Source of the DNA: Takakia lepidozioides
Lineage: Eukaryota > Plantae > Bryophyta
Length of the DNA: 64,000 bases
NCBI GenBank assembly: GCA_030704615.1
Contig: CM060734.1
Coordinates: 43,586,001 to 43,650,000 of the forward strand
Reading direction: 5' to 3'
Each line of letters starts with the position of its first letter. Position 1 is the stretch's first letter. Below the pieces are notes generated by a model that ran no database searches, was not told the DNA's origin, and saw nothing but the letters and a program-made list of their open reading frames with translations. Shown piece after piece: positions 23,110 to 35,894 of this stretch. A program made the translations under genes and the position numbers.

Positions 23110-23596
23110 CCTACTTATCACAATCTGAAATGCATCTGCTTCTCTCTGTAGTCCAACAGGCATTCGCCTTTTTGTCTCCATTGTCCCACCATTGGGGTCG
23201 GAAAGTGTTCACCCCAAAGCTTCTCCTCACCTCTATTATGTTTTGGATACTTCCCTGCTGCCACACTGGCAGTAACTTGCCAAAGTCACTCCAAACCACA
23301 CAGATGTACCCAACGACCTAACTTACAGAATTCAATATGCATCTTGCGCCGAGTCTGATGAGAGGGCAACACAGGCTGAAATAAAGGTCGAAGAAGAGAA
23401 GGTGCCCTACCACATTGTCCTTGACCTGTCCTGACCCATGGAGGATTTGGACGATGACCTCTTGTGTGTGCTCCTGCTTGTGTCTGTAGTCAGGTAATGT
23501 CGGATTTGGTCTGTCAGATCGAACCACTACTACGGCGTAGATGAGTAGTCAGAGATTGAAACACGCTTGCTAAGACCAAGCTGACTCTCCAAGAAC
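23110..23596 (-). pseudogene. Orphan third copy of the PDF-motif 5' exons
   Basis: Colinear with ~15690-16180; encodes PNPTLPDYRHK and PQWWDNGDKK. No PPR exon follows. Confidence 0.8.
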
Positions 23597-23859
23597 GGCG
23601 AGCTTCGCTTGTCCCCGTCTCGTCTCCTCCTCCCTCTTCTTCCTTCACATGCATCATTGTTCAACGCCTTCATCCCACGCCCCTGCATATCCTGCTATCA
23701 TCGCGTTCCATCCCTCAGCTATGTGGTGTGGCGTAGGAGACAAAAAGACGCCAAGTCCCACCCTCCTTTCTGTTCACGATTACACTAATGGGCAACCTTA
23801 TTAGCAAAATTTAACTTTTTTTAAACCTAATGGGCAACCTTATTTGCATTATATGTGCC

Positions 23860-24179
23860 TTCAAAATGACACGTGTAGTGATGTAGTCGTATAAATAGAG
23901 CTCTGAAACCATCTTCAGTCATGGAGTCATAAGATTCCATGAAACGTCGTCCACGTGTAGTCAAACATATCACACTAGTCATATAAACCATCCCTGTCAT
24001 CATGGTCAACAATGTTTGACCATGCTCCCTAACTTTCCGGAGTCATGTAGTGATATCCATTACTACAAAGTCATAAAACTAAAACTGTAATGCATTTCAA
24101 GGCTTTGTAGTCATGTACCTAGTGCAGTTTTTATGACTCCGCCAACCCGTAGTCCTAAAAACGCTCATCTCTTGTAGTG
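23860..24179. mobile_element. Probable CACTA-type terminus with subterminal repeats
   Basis: Ends TCTTGTAGTG (reverse complement CACTACAAGA), preceded by many GTAGTC/AGTCAT motifs. A matching other end was not found. Confidence 0.5.
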
Positions 24180-25994
24180 CGGGTTCTGCTCACGCCGTTG
24201 CTACCCTCAACATTGTCATGCCTGCAAATCAAGGTTTTTTTTCTTCACCTTGTGAACTTGTAAAGTTTCGCATCTTTGTTTAGTAGTATCAGTAGTGTCT
24301 TGGCTACTTTTTGTTCCCTTTGTTGTTTGAATGAATTTTGTGAACGTCGTTTGTGATCCTCTTTTGTAATTTCGGTAGTGTCGTTCAAATCCCCCAGAAC
24401 CTTTACGATTTCCACTTCTTCGTACCTTGTGGATTCTTATCAGTGACGGGTGTGTTGATGACCGGCTTTATTGCTCTTTCGCATCCTCTCTAGGTATGAT
24501 ACATGAAGAAATAAAGAGACTTCAAACAATTGCTAGATGGAAACTATCCACACCAAATTTACAACTAATATATCGCACACATGTAATCATTCAATCGTTA
24601 AATATTCGTTCAATGTACAATCACTATTGTGATATTATGGACAATTACAACTGTCAAGTTAAATAAGCACAGTGTGAAAACAACTAGAATAAAGCTAGTT
24701 ATTTGTATTTAACACTTGGATTTAGGTCAAGTGTTAAATCAGGTGTCAAGTTTAGTTTGACACCTGAACCGTCTTATCTTCACGAGAGCGGCAGTCACGC
24801 AGCTCATCTCTCTCGAGTTGAGCCTGCGCGACCGAGCTCCTTCATCGTTTAGAACTGAGTGTGCTTATGATGGGAGGATAGGTTGTTGTGGGGTGGAGTC
24901 CCCATAGCTTGGGGTGCCCCTGGCTCGACTATTATCTGAAAGAGTGATGACGAGATGGATTTCATGTTTCTTGTGTTAAGAGTGTGTTTCTAGTTTTCTT
25001 ATCACTCGAGAGAGATGAGCTCTCTATCTAGTTTTCCAGTGCTAAGCTAGATATGATGTTTTTGTTTTTAAGCACTATTATAATATAGATGGTCATGGTC
25101 TTGTACACAGCTCAAGCAATGAGCATAGAATGGCCCTAGCCTGAGTTCGTCTCACATCCTCAGTCGCAATGGTGGGACACTGATAAGGGGGCCGCCTTCC
25201 AATCTTTCTTGTGGTGTGGCTTTGGATGGAGCCCTTTACGAACTTGCATGAATATTGTCAAAAGCTATCTTCAACCCACCAAGATCCAATCCCATGGTGG
25301 CTGCTTGAAAGTTTCACATAGTGATTGTAAGGGAATTTGGGTATGTTGTTATTGATTGATGCCGCTTGACTCCCTCACAATGAGCGATAGCAATACTGCC
25401 AGTGTTGGTCCACCCCAGGTCTCTATCACTGGTGTGACTCCGAGTGTTCTCAGTAACTACTTGAGCTGCCAATCTCAAACAAGCCAAAAAGACTCTCCTG
25501 AAATCCCCTTGCTTCCAGTAACCATCCAACATCCCAAAACCGAAGCTTTTGGTCCATCATGTTGGTTGAATTAGTATCAATAAAATTACACCCTACCAAG
25601 GGATATGTATGTGAATAATGAGAGGAAGATATACTTACTGCTCCTTTGGCTGTGAGGGATGCACAGTCATAAGAAGGATTTGTAGCGAGTTGTGGTGGGA
25701 TGCTCAATTGCTGCGCAAAGGGTTGGGATTTTTGTTTACTCGCATGCAAAGTTTTGGGATAAAGTAAGCATATAGGAATAATGCCTCTCAAGTTTGTCGG
25801 GGCCCTATGCATTAGAGGATGGTCCAGGAATTAAAAAGGGGGATTTATGTATCCCAGCGGATTACACTAGACATAGGATGGGAGTTTAATGCATGCGTGC
25901 GAGGCTTGCCGGTACAATCCCCCGAGCTAACCGGGGAGGGCCCCTCGTGGGCCCACGGTCAAATCCCCACCCCCATGTATGCTTCAGGCCCCTT

Positions 25995-26380
25995 CGAAGG
26001 TCCCACGCTCCAGGTTCCAGTCCTTGCTCCTTTGTTCCTACTGCGGCGCTCCCCTGTTCCCCGCTCCTCCGCTCTTGTGTTATTGCTCCCCCCCCTTATG
26101 CTCCCCTATTCTCTGCTCCCCTGTTATTGCTCCCCACTCCTCCGCTCCCCTGTTAGTGGCGATGCAGTAAAACAGGGGATCAGCACTAACACAAGGGAGC
26201 CGGGAGTAGTAACAAGGGAGGTTGTAACAGGGGAGCGGCAGAGCAGTAACACAGGGAAACGATAGCAACAGGGGAGCACTAACACAAGGGAGCAAAGAGA
26301 ATAGGGGAGCGGTATATATGTAGGAACAGGGGAGCAGCGATTGGGAACAGGGGAACGGAGATCCACTTGAGGGACTTAGA
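25995..26380. repeat. Fold-back (MITE-like) element built from CTCCCCTGTT / AACAGGGGAG motifs
   Basis: The left half repeats GCTCCCC(TGTT) and the right half repeats (AACA)GGGGAGC, with the switch at ~26160. Confidence 0.65.
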
Positions 26381-26540
26381 AGTTTTTTGGAGATACAAAA
26401 ATTAAGGTAATCAAATCCTTAAACATACAAATTCCCTTGCGCCGGGACCATGGTTTGAACAGAATGTGCCATTGTTAGGCGATTCTCGGGCGGGTGATGG
26501 CCAGTGTGCATCAAGTCCGGTCGTGGCTTGGGTCAATTAT

Positions 26541-27210
26541 CTAGCTAGCTACCCATACCACCTGCCCTCATTGGATTCCGCCATCGTGAGCTCAAATGGC
26601 GGCCACCCTTGCAATTAACATGGAAGTGACGAACATAGAGGTCGGTCAAAATGGCCAGCCCCATACCAGGTGCTCCCATTTCACCGCATATATATATTTT
26701 CTAATTATTTCAAGTAGAGAGTGTTCATTATCTAGCTAGCTCCCTATACCACCTGCCCTCATTGGATTTCGCCATCGTGACCTCAAATGGCGGCCACCCT
26801 TGCAATTGACATGGAAGTGACGAACATAGTTCTTTGTCAAAATGCACAACCCAACACCAGGTGCTCCCATTTCACCACATATTTATTTTTTTTCAATTCT
26901 TTCAAGTAGAGAGTGTTCATTATCTAGCTAGCTACCCACACCACCTGCCCTCAATGGATTCCGCCATTGTGAGCTCAAATGGCGGCCACCCTTGCAATCA
27001 ACATGGAAGTGGCGAACATAGTTGTTTGACAAAATGCACAGCCCCACACCAGGTGCTCTCATTTTTTCTCACAAAAACATTTTTGTACTTCTTTCAAGTT
27101 GATAGTGTTGATTATCTAGGTGGCTACCCATACCAACTTACGGAATAGAAATCCGACATCGCAAACTCAAATGGCGCCCACCCTTGCAATCAACATGGAA
27201 GTGGCCAACA
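26541..27210. repeat. ~191-192-bp tandem repeat, 3.5 units
   Basis: Unit starts (ctagctagct) at 26541, 26732, 26924 and 27116. Confidence 0.9.
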
Positions 27211-27385
27211 AAGTAGACCAGCCTATGTACCATACTCTCGTTTTCACACATAAAGGCATGTTTCCATATATTCAAATGTCGTTACATGTAGTATATAAGA
27301 GGCCATCCATTGGCACAATGTTTGGCCAATTCCAAGTATATATGGAGCCATATGTCACATGTTTCCACAATGTCAACCGTACATA

Positions 27386-28400
27386 TCAATCTTCATCGGG
27401 TCGCGGTGCTTTGTTGCCTCTGACCATTGTTGCAAGGAGGTTCGCAATGGCAAGCTGGGTATCTGCAGCTTGACGATGACTCTCTAGTTCATTTGCAGTT
27501 TGCATTCGACGACTCTCCATCTCCAACTCTCCCAATTGCATAGTCATTTGTTCATTTGACTCAATGACCAGTGCGGTGATCTTCTCATGGCTTTTAAGTT
27601 TGTGTCGCTCAACCTGAGCAGATCTTTTGGCAATCTTGTCAATGGCTTCCGCCAAATACGATGCACTTCCAGACAATGACCGTTTGCGTGCATTTGGTTT
27701 GTCTGCTACTCATGGCTTTTTGCATGATGCAGTCTTCGGAGTTAGCGGACTCTGCACTGACGTTTCCTCAGGTGTTGTAATGTCAATTACAGGTGGTGAC
27801 GTGTCGTCAACATGAGGCTCAGTGTGTCCTGTCATATGAGTGGTAGGAGTGTCCTCAAATTGAGTGTCAGGGGTAGAGTTCACACCAAAAGCCTATGATG
27901 CTCGACCTTGATCAATACCACCTGACAGACCATCTCCTTTTGCTGAACCCCCCATGATCTTTTGCATTCGTCGAAACCAAGGCCAGTCGCTGCCTTCACC
28001 ACTTGTTTGCTCTGCAGGCAAAGTTTTCTGCCTCCGGTACTCGTGCTTCATCTTCTCAATTTTGCCCTTGATGTGGGCCTCTGTACGGCGCAGCTCAAGT
28101 GACATCTGTCTTGCGTGTTCAGTACGAATTTGCAATCAATGCCTCGCTGCCAAAAGTCATTTGTTGCATCGTCGCCATTCTTCCTCATATAAATCCAGCA
28201 CGTTTGCAAGCGCCGCATCAGTCCATCTCTCTCCCACTGCAATGTCCACATCAAGCCCGACTTTTTTCTTTCCTTGTTTCTTCACAATGCCCAAAGCTTG
28301 AGTTGGTGGAGGAGCACGTGCCAAAATGGAAGGTGCAAGTATGGAAGGAGGAGCAGATATATCCGCAATGACAAGCGCATAGGGAGAATGAGCGTGCATT
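27386..28400 (-). mobile_element. Myb/SANT-like (trihelix) protein relic, typical Harbinger ORF2
   Basis: ERWTDAALANVLDLYEE..H*LQI..RRTEAHIKGKIEKMKHEYRR..SDWPWFRRMQKI, then a C-terminal helical segment LAEAIDKIAKRSAQVE. In-frame stops are present. Confidence 0.75.
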
Positions 28401-28639
28401 TGATGGGGTGCAACGGCCAGCACGCGGGGTGCTATTCTGTGAGCCTGGAGGCGTGAGCCTGTGAGCCCAGGAAACCGTGAGCCCAGCAAAGGCTCACGCC
28501 ACGTCAGCATGCATACAGGGCCTATTTCCGCGGGTGTCACCTATTTCCGCGGGTTGATCAGCCATTTCCCGGGAATGCAGAGTGGATATGTTACATCCAT
28601 TGTATCCATTGCATCCATCCAGACGTTATCAACATACCA

Positions 28640-28950
28640 AGCCCTCACAAGTTTATGTGGGTACGTCGTGAGGAGGTGCACACTGACATCATCTAAAGCG
28701 GATCCCTGCGAAATCTTTTCTTACTCACCACCTTTTGCGAACATGCCAGGTATGTGCGGGAGCATCATGGATGCTCATTAGATTTGAGAATGCCTGAACG
28801 CTCTTTGATGAGGTGGACTTCACCGTGATGGATTCACCAACCATTCTTCTAGCAGGAATGGTTTGGAGACCAACGAGCAAATGATGCAAGAATGCTCTAC
28901 ACGAACCAAAGTCGTTTGTTTGTTTTTGCAATGCACTCAAGTCTGTGAGG
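28640..28950 (+). pseudogene. Highly degenerate PPR fragment
   Basis: The 24-mer gtgcgggagcatcatggatgctca (28754-28777) is identical to 19560-19583, with patchy colinear similarity on both sides. Confidence 0.55.
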
Positions 28951-29599
28951 TCCACAAAACACTAAATAGATTGAAGGAACAATCCGGGCAGTCCATGCAA
29001 CCCCCATCTCCAACAATAGTTTGTTCCCATGAATGTGCATTCCACGCACACATTGCAAACAGGACGACAAGGACACACAACCATCCCATTTCAAATTTGG
29101 CCCCGAATAAAACCAAAAGAAAACTTCATATCAAGTGTCACAGTCATCAGAATCAGTCTCGACCTCCTGTGCTATGTCATCCACAAAGATTCTGGCCCCA
29201 ACACCACGTCTTCTACCCCGGCCGTCGATGGATGGACTCCGAGTGCCATGAACGGACATGCTTGCTGCGAGTGCCTCCGCATAGACAGGTAGCACGCAAG
29301 ACCGAGGAGGACTGGAAAGAAGTCCAAATAGGTGTGATAGCCCTGGAGGGTAAGTGGAAGCACGCGGATTCCTGCACATGTCAACAAAAACCCATTTTGA
29401 ACACAATGATGCAATGCATAAGTCCAACGAAGAGGATGTCTCACATGTGAACTTTGCCTCAAGAACAGTGATTCTCGATATTGAAACAACAATGCAAGCA
29501 TCCACAGGTTGAACTTACTCACAGGCAAAGTCGGAGTCCAGCTCCTTGTCGGAAGTCTCCTCTGTATCAATATCAGCGGGACGGGGCTTCGGAAGGACT

Positions 29600-30553
29600 T
29601 GAGAAGTGTGTCCACCCAAACCCATCAAGAGGTTCTTGTAAATCTCAGCATCCCCTTCAATCCCAAAGAGATGTCACGCACTAGCCTTGCAAGCGTGGTA
29701 CGAAGCACCTGCAGTGGAATAGAATGAAGGAAGCAGACATTGAAGACACATTTGGAACGGTGGGAAGTGCTGAAAGTGCAAGCTCAATCAAACCTCATGA
29801 AATGTGAATGTTGAAGAGACGAACCTGTGCCCATTGACAAATCCAGAACTCTGGCGTCTGTGTAGGTGCAGCACTCCACAATCGTTTGAATGAAAGTCGG
29901 GCTCCTCTCCCTCGCCCCTCTCCAAGGAACCCCATTCCCCCTTCGCAAGCACACGTTGCTGTCGACGTAGTTGTGGTGCATGTCATCCGTGGGAGGATCT
30001 GTCCTGTCGTCTATGAACTTGCCCCCATGAGTGATGGCGAACTCCGCAATGCCGGCCGGAGTTGTTGGTGGATGCACTCGGACGAGACAAACAGCTTCAA
30101 ACAAACGAGTCTGCGAACAGGACATCCACAAGGAACTAAGAAGCTTCAAAAATCAGGCCCCTACATATGAGTTCGAGCGACCTATACAACTCCATCCGAG
30201 AACCACCAAGAAGAGGAAGAAGAAGGCAAATTTACCATCTCTCCCGGACAATCCCCCTTCGTAAGGTACATGTTGTTCACACAATTCCATGTCTTCACGA
30301 CTCTCATGCCCGAGGCTTTCAAATAGCTGGCAAGTGCACGGCGACAGCGAACGTCGATGGACTGGATGAGCACCAAAACACCTGCATCGGACAGGAAAAA
30401 ATTGCAAAAGGAGAAAACCCACCGCCAGTAGCGCTCATCAAAAGCATTCCAACCCGGACAAGCACCCGATGGAGGGACATCCGGGACTGCCACCTCATCA
30501 GGGATGTCCAAGATGATGAGTTCGGCTGCATATGGCTTCTCCTTCCCGTTCAC
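29600..30553 (-). CDS. Beta-class N4-cytosine/N6-adenine DNA methyltransferase-like domain (N6_N4_Mtase type), three exons, one in-frame TGA
   Basis: Spliced translation: ELIILDIPD (motif IV position), YWRWVFSFCNFFLSDAGVLVL, TRLFEAVCLVR, RERSPTFIQTIVECCTYTDARVLDLSMGTG (intron 29824-29709) ASYHACKASA*HLFGIEGDAEIY (motifs X, I, II). Confidence 0.78.
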
Positions 30554-32739
30554 CTAGGATTTGGTCATTTTAGCCTGCAAACAAAATTACAATGGAATAC
30601 TCAAGAGGATTGAAACGATCCATGCCCACAGCAGAGAAGAAGCAAAAGAGAACACGCACCGTGCCGAGGAACTCCACAATCCTCTCCCACACTGGTGATG
30701 GCTCGCCCTTGAAATCAGATTTCTTGGACTCCATCATGGCAAGGAACCCGACATTGGCCATCTCCAACCTGGTAGGGCGAATGACCCTCGTGGGATGTTC
30801 CACTGCATGGTACGGGTCCTTGGGATCAACCACCCCCTTGTTCTTTCTCACGGATCCCCTACCATGCGGTGGAGTCTGCTGGACATGCACCACTGGGCCA
30901 ATATCTGCAACACTTCCCTGCCCTTGTGCCACCTTCCCTCTACCCCTTCCTTTCCCCACAACACCAGCAACATCTTTTCCCTTTGCCTTTCTTCCTCTAC
31001 CCGGGGTATCCTGAGCGGGAGGCTCCTTCTCTGCAAGAGTCCTCAAATTTCGTTCATGAATGTCGAGGTCGGCTGCTGCGGCAGTGGCTGCAATACGCTC
31101 ATTCTCTCTCCTCAAAGACACCTCCGGAGCTGGGGTCTCAGAAGGAGGGCAATCCAAATACCAACCACAAGAAGAAAGATGGTCTGGGCCCCAGTCATGC
31201 AAGATCCCAGTAGTAAACATGGTCTGGTTGTCAGCAGGGACAAGCCAAAGGTCCACGAAATCTGGATGTTTGTCTAAGCAATTCTCTTCCATGAGAACAA
31301 ACTTTATGTACCTGCAGGAACAGAGACAGCCTCATTATGCAATGCAATTATTGTCTCTCAGCTTTTCCATCACACCAGGAAGACCCCCTTAAACAGTATG
31401 CGGCACAGTACATTGCAACCACAGCACACTAAGTAGCCTGAACGGCCCAGGGTGTGCACCTGTAAAGGCATCGTTTCCAGGCTTCCTCTCCTTTTTCTTG
31501 CTGGTCAAGGTCATTTGTTCGACTGATGCCACCCTCCTTGCTGAACTCTCTAAAGAAACAAGAGTGCCACACTGTGGCTCTCCATTTCCTCATGTATGCT
31601 TCGAAGGAGACCTTCGGTGCTGTCATAGTGATGCCATAGTCAGCCAGCTGAGTATGCAGAACCGACCGGGCCCTTTCTTCCAACTGCAAAACAATTCAAA
31701 TGCAAGAATGAACCCAAAAACAATCACAGCGAATGTAAGAGGCGATGGAAAGAGAAGGACAGGAAAAGAGAAAAGAAAGTGACACAGGAAAGGACATCAC
31801 ACCTAGCTCTAGTAAGTGGCCTTGTGAAGCCATGTGTCCAGCACATTGTCACTGACAGGAATGACAAGCTGGGTCTTCTTCTCTTTCTCCGGCCTGGGGA
31901 ACATGTGGGTATCCCTAACTATGGGATCGGAGTTCCATATCTGTAGCCACTTCACCTTCTGTTCTAAAGACACAACGGCGGTAGACAACTTGTGCAACTT
32001 CTCCTGGGCCATCTCTGGCTTGCCTGGCTTGTTATAATGGTTTTTTATCTCCAGGAGAAACTGCGATCCGAATGATGGGTCGGCAATTCTCAACTGCTTC
32101 ACAAAAGCACTCATTATAGTCCTTCTTGTAGCGGTCATCTCTTTCTGGATATGACTCTCAACCCCCTTTGTTGTCCTTCTCTCCTCAGGGGTTGAGCTGT
32201 AGTATTCCAGTTTGCCACGCTCCCCTGCATCTGCAATGTCTTGCTGCAAGGGAATGCACGAGAGTTGCATCAACCCAAGGTCAAGGGAAAAAAACAGAAA
32301 CAAACATGTGGAAGCAGGAATATGGAAAGGCCAGATGAAGGAAGATGAATCTCACCGTGTACATGTACTCCATGAAAGCCTCACGGGTCAACGAGTACCA
32401 CGTTTCCGATGTCTTGGAGCTTTCCAACTTCTTGTACGTCTCTGCTGAAATAATGGTCTTGAAGTTGGTCAAGGGCATCTGCCCGATCCTTTGTATCCTA
32501 TACAGTGTGTGAACCAGACTCGTTTTGACATGCAATGTCTCCGTCCCTCTGCAGAATGATATCTGAAAGTCAGAATGAAATTCAAGGACTTGAATCAAAG
32601 AACCACGGAACCACAAGTGGAACATGTAGAATGAGAAACCAACCTGTTCACATCATTCATTGCCGTCAGAAGACCCATCATGTTCCCGTCACAATCTAGA
32701 CGTACCTTGTGTTGCCGAATATCACAGGAAAAAAACAAT

Positions 32740-34405
32740 GACAAGGTGGGCTCAAACAGTGTGCGTTGACGCACACTGTTTGAACTGCCAGGTAAGTGAT
32801 GATTGATCCTCAAATACATACCCTATGTGGCCAATTTTCAAATGAGAAAGGCAATAACAAGGTGAGCTCAAACAGTGTGCGTTGACGCACACTGTTTGAG
32901 CTGCCAGGTAAGTGATGATTGATCCTCAAATACATGCCCTTTGTGGCCTTTTTTCAGATGACAAAATAATGAGAAGGTGAGCTCAAACAGTGTGCGTTGA
33001 CGCACACTGTTTGAGCTGCCAGGTAAGTGATGATTGATCCTCAAATACATGCCCTATGTGGCCGATTTCAGATGACAAAGGCAATGACAAGGTGAGCTCA
33101 AACAGTGTGCGTTGACACACACTGTTTGAGCTGCCAGGTATGTGATGATTGATCCTCAAATACATGCTGTTTGTGGCTTTTTTCAGATGAAAAAATAATG
33201 AGAAGTTGGGCTCAAACAGTGTGCGCCAACGCACACTGTTTGAGCTGCTAGGTAAGTGTTCATTCATCCTCAGTTACATGCCCTGTGTGGCTGATTTTCA
33301 AACAAAAAAACAATAAGAAGGTGGGCTCAAACAGTGTGCGTTGATGCACACTGTTTGAGCTGCCAGGTAAGTGTTCATTGATCCTCAAATACATGCCCTT
33401 TGTGGCCGAATTTAAGATGAAAAAAACAAAGAAAAGGTGAGCTCAAACAGTGTGCGTTGACGCACACTGTTTGAGCTGCCAAGTAAGTGTTCATTGATCC
33501 TCACAGACATGCCCTGTATTGCCGAATTTCACAGGAAAGAAATAGTGACAAGGTGGGCTCAAACAGTGTGCGTTGACACACACTGTTTGAGCTGCCAAGT
33601 AAGTGTTCATTGATCATCAAATACATGCCCTTTGTGGCCGATTTCCAGATGAGAAAAACAATGAGAAGGTGGGCTCAAACAGTGTGCGCCAACGCACACT
33701 GTTTGAGCTGCCAGGTAAGTGTTCATTGATCCTCAGAGACATGCCCTATGTGGCCGATTTTCAAACAAAAAAAACAATGCCAAGGTGAGCTCAAACAGTG
33801 TGCGTTGACGCACACTGTTTGAGCTGCCAGGTAAGTGATTATTGATCCTCAAATACATGCCGTTTGTGGCCGTTTTTCAGATGAAAAATCAATGAGAAGG
33901 TGGGCTCAAACAGTGTGCGCCAACGCACACTGTTTGAGCTACCAGGTAAGTGTTCATTGATCCTCAGAGACACGCCCTGTGTGGCCGATTTTGAAACGAA
34001 AAAAACAATGACAAGGTGAGCTCAAACAGTGTGCGTTGACGCACACTGCTGGAGCTACCAGGAAATTGATGATTGAACCTCAAAGAGATACCGTGGCTGG
34101 GTAATGTTTTTGTGAGAAGAACAATGATAAGGGGGGCTCAAACAGTGTGCGTCAACGCACACTGTTTGAGCTTCCAAATAGTGGAGGATTGAACCGGGCA
34201 TAGTGGCCCTATGTGGCCGTTTTGCACACCAACAACCAAGTAAAATGGGGGGCTCAAACAGTGTGCGTCAATGCATAGTGTTTGAGCTTCCAATTCGTGG
34301 TGGATTGAACCTGCCCTAGTTCCCCAATTTGGCCGTTTTGCACATCAACAAGCAAGCAAAATGGAAGGCTCAAACAGTGTGCGTCAACGTACACTGTTTG
34401 AGCTT
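32740..34405. repeat. Tandem array of 15 units of ~115.5 bp, each with a ~38-bp palindrome
   Basis: (A/G)GCTCAAACAGTGTGCGT-TG-ACGCACACTGTTTGAGCT recurs at about 32750, 32865, 32981 and onward to 34367. Inter-palindrome segments are mutually homologous. Confidence 0.95.
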
Positions 34406-35894
34406 CTTGTTCGCGGTTGATGCAACCTGGCAGAGATGCCGTGTGTAGACTATGTTCATATCGAAATACAATCTCAACTGGGGTTCACATCAGCAATGAA
34501 GCACAAATGTGGGTTTCAAAGATTGTACCTTTTTTTTGGCTGCTCCAGAAGACTCCCCAATCGCCGGGGACCCTTTGCACTTCGGACTGCTCTCCACGCA
34601 TCGCATGTTCTGGAGCATCTCCCCCATCCTCTCTTCCACTATGAGGTTCTTCGTGAGGCCAGCATCAACATCATCTTCGGCGTCTGTCTCTCCCTCGGAT
34701 GCAGTGTCCTCCTCACCTGTTCTTGGAACTATGGCAGGCTGCTGTTCTTCTCCGGATTCCTGCTCTTCCATCGCCATACTTTCCTCTTTGCCCTCTTCTT
34801 CCGCCTTTTCCTCTTTGTCCACTCTTTCCATCCTCATTCTATATCTGGCTCTATTCATGTTTCTAGAGCTCGTGAAGTATAATGACTTCCTTCTCTTCCT
34901 CCTCCGCTGGAAACAAGGGCTCCCCACGATGCATCTAGAGCTCTCCAGTTTGACGTTTGCAACAAGGGTTGCTATGGCATGTAACCAAAATCAAAATTGG
35001 ACATTGTCAACCGTATTTGGATGCGGGTGTTGTTATTGTGTGCGAACGGAATTCATCCATTTCGGCGTCTTTGTATTATCCAAGAAATAAAGTGCTAGAA
35101 AATATGTACATCCGTTGCATGTACTTGTGATATATGTCAGATGTACTTCGCCGCCTGCCAATACATGGCGGCCTTCTTGCATTCTTTCAAATTCGGAAGT
35201 GCCGTAGAAATCTAATGCTAGTTCAATTTCGAGCAGTTCTTGCAGATTCGCCATAAATGTTATGCTTCACATATGCATCCACGTGTGTCGTACTGCCTAC
35301 TCTGTGGTTTGCATTTTGCCGTCATCGTCGCCATGGGGTCATTCGGTATAAAGGGTTGTGTCGGAAATGATCTTGTGTTGCACACATCCGTGCGAGGTGA
35401 CTCTTGGAGTGTCAGTGTTTGTGTTGTGCTCTTTTGGCACAGCACAACCTCATTACATTCGGGGTCTTCCTGTTTACTGCTCTCCAGGGTTGTTGTCGTC
35501 TTTCCATAATGGATGGTTTCATGTCATGTTCAGGGTTTGTTTTTCATCCAAAAACAGCACGGCTTCTTGTGGCTTCTTGTCTTTGAAAACAATTTTTCTG
35601 GTTGGTGTCTCTCAGCGTGGTTGTCTGCAAAGTTCAGTGCATGTCATTCCTACATCCTTTTGATGCATCGCCCGCAGCCTTTGGATTAGTGCTACCCTTG
35701 TTGACCTCAATTTGTTTGTGGGGCTATCAGTTCGGGGATTCCGTTGTGAATCGCAACTTTCAGTCAGCGTAGGAAAACATGTCGAGGGAGCGAGATAGAC
35801 TCGCCCGATTTCATTCCAATGCAGGTAGTCTTCCACTGACTGCCACTGCAGACGACGATGGGTTTGCAGTTGTCATGAGGATGAGCTGGTTAAA

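Larger units (their letters stand above)
29131..35254 (-). pseudogene. Multi-exon transposon cargo gene with an unknown N-terminal region and a C-terminal DNA amino-methyltransferase domain; 5' extent uncertain
   Basis: A chain of minus-strand exon-like ORFs with GT-AG borders (about 32720-32640, 32550-32355, 32245-31815, 31680-31435, 31313-30660, 30553-30235, 30111-29825, 29708-). Linkage of 34490-35254 across the array is inferred. Confidence 0.55.

Noticed and set aside
24860-25145. C/D-box snoRNA
   Set aside because: Box-like words lack convincing spacing, terminal stems or recognisable rRNA antisense elements.
32740-34405. CRISPR array
   Set aside because: The segments between palindromes are homologous to each other rather than unique spacers, the context is eukaryotic, and no cas genes are present.
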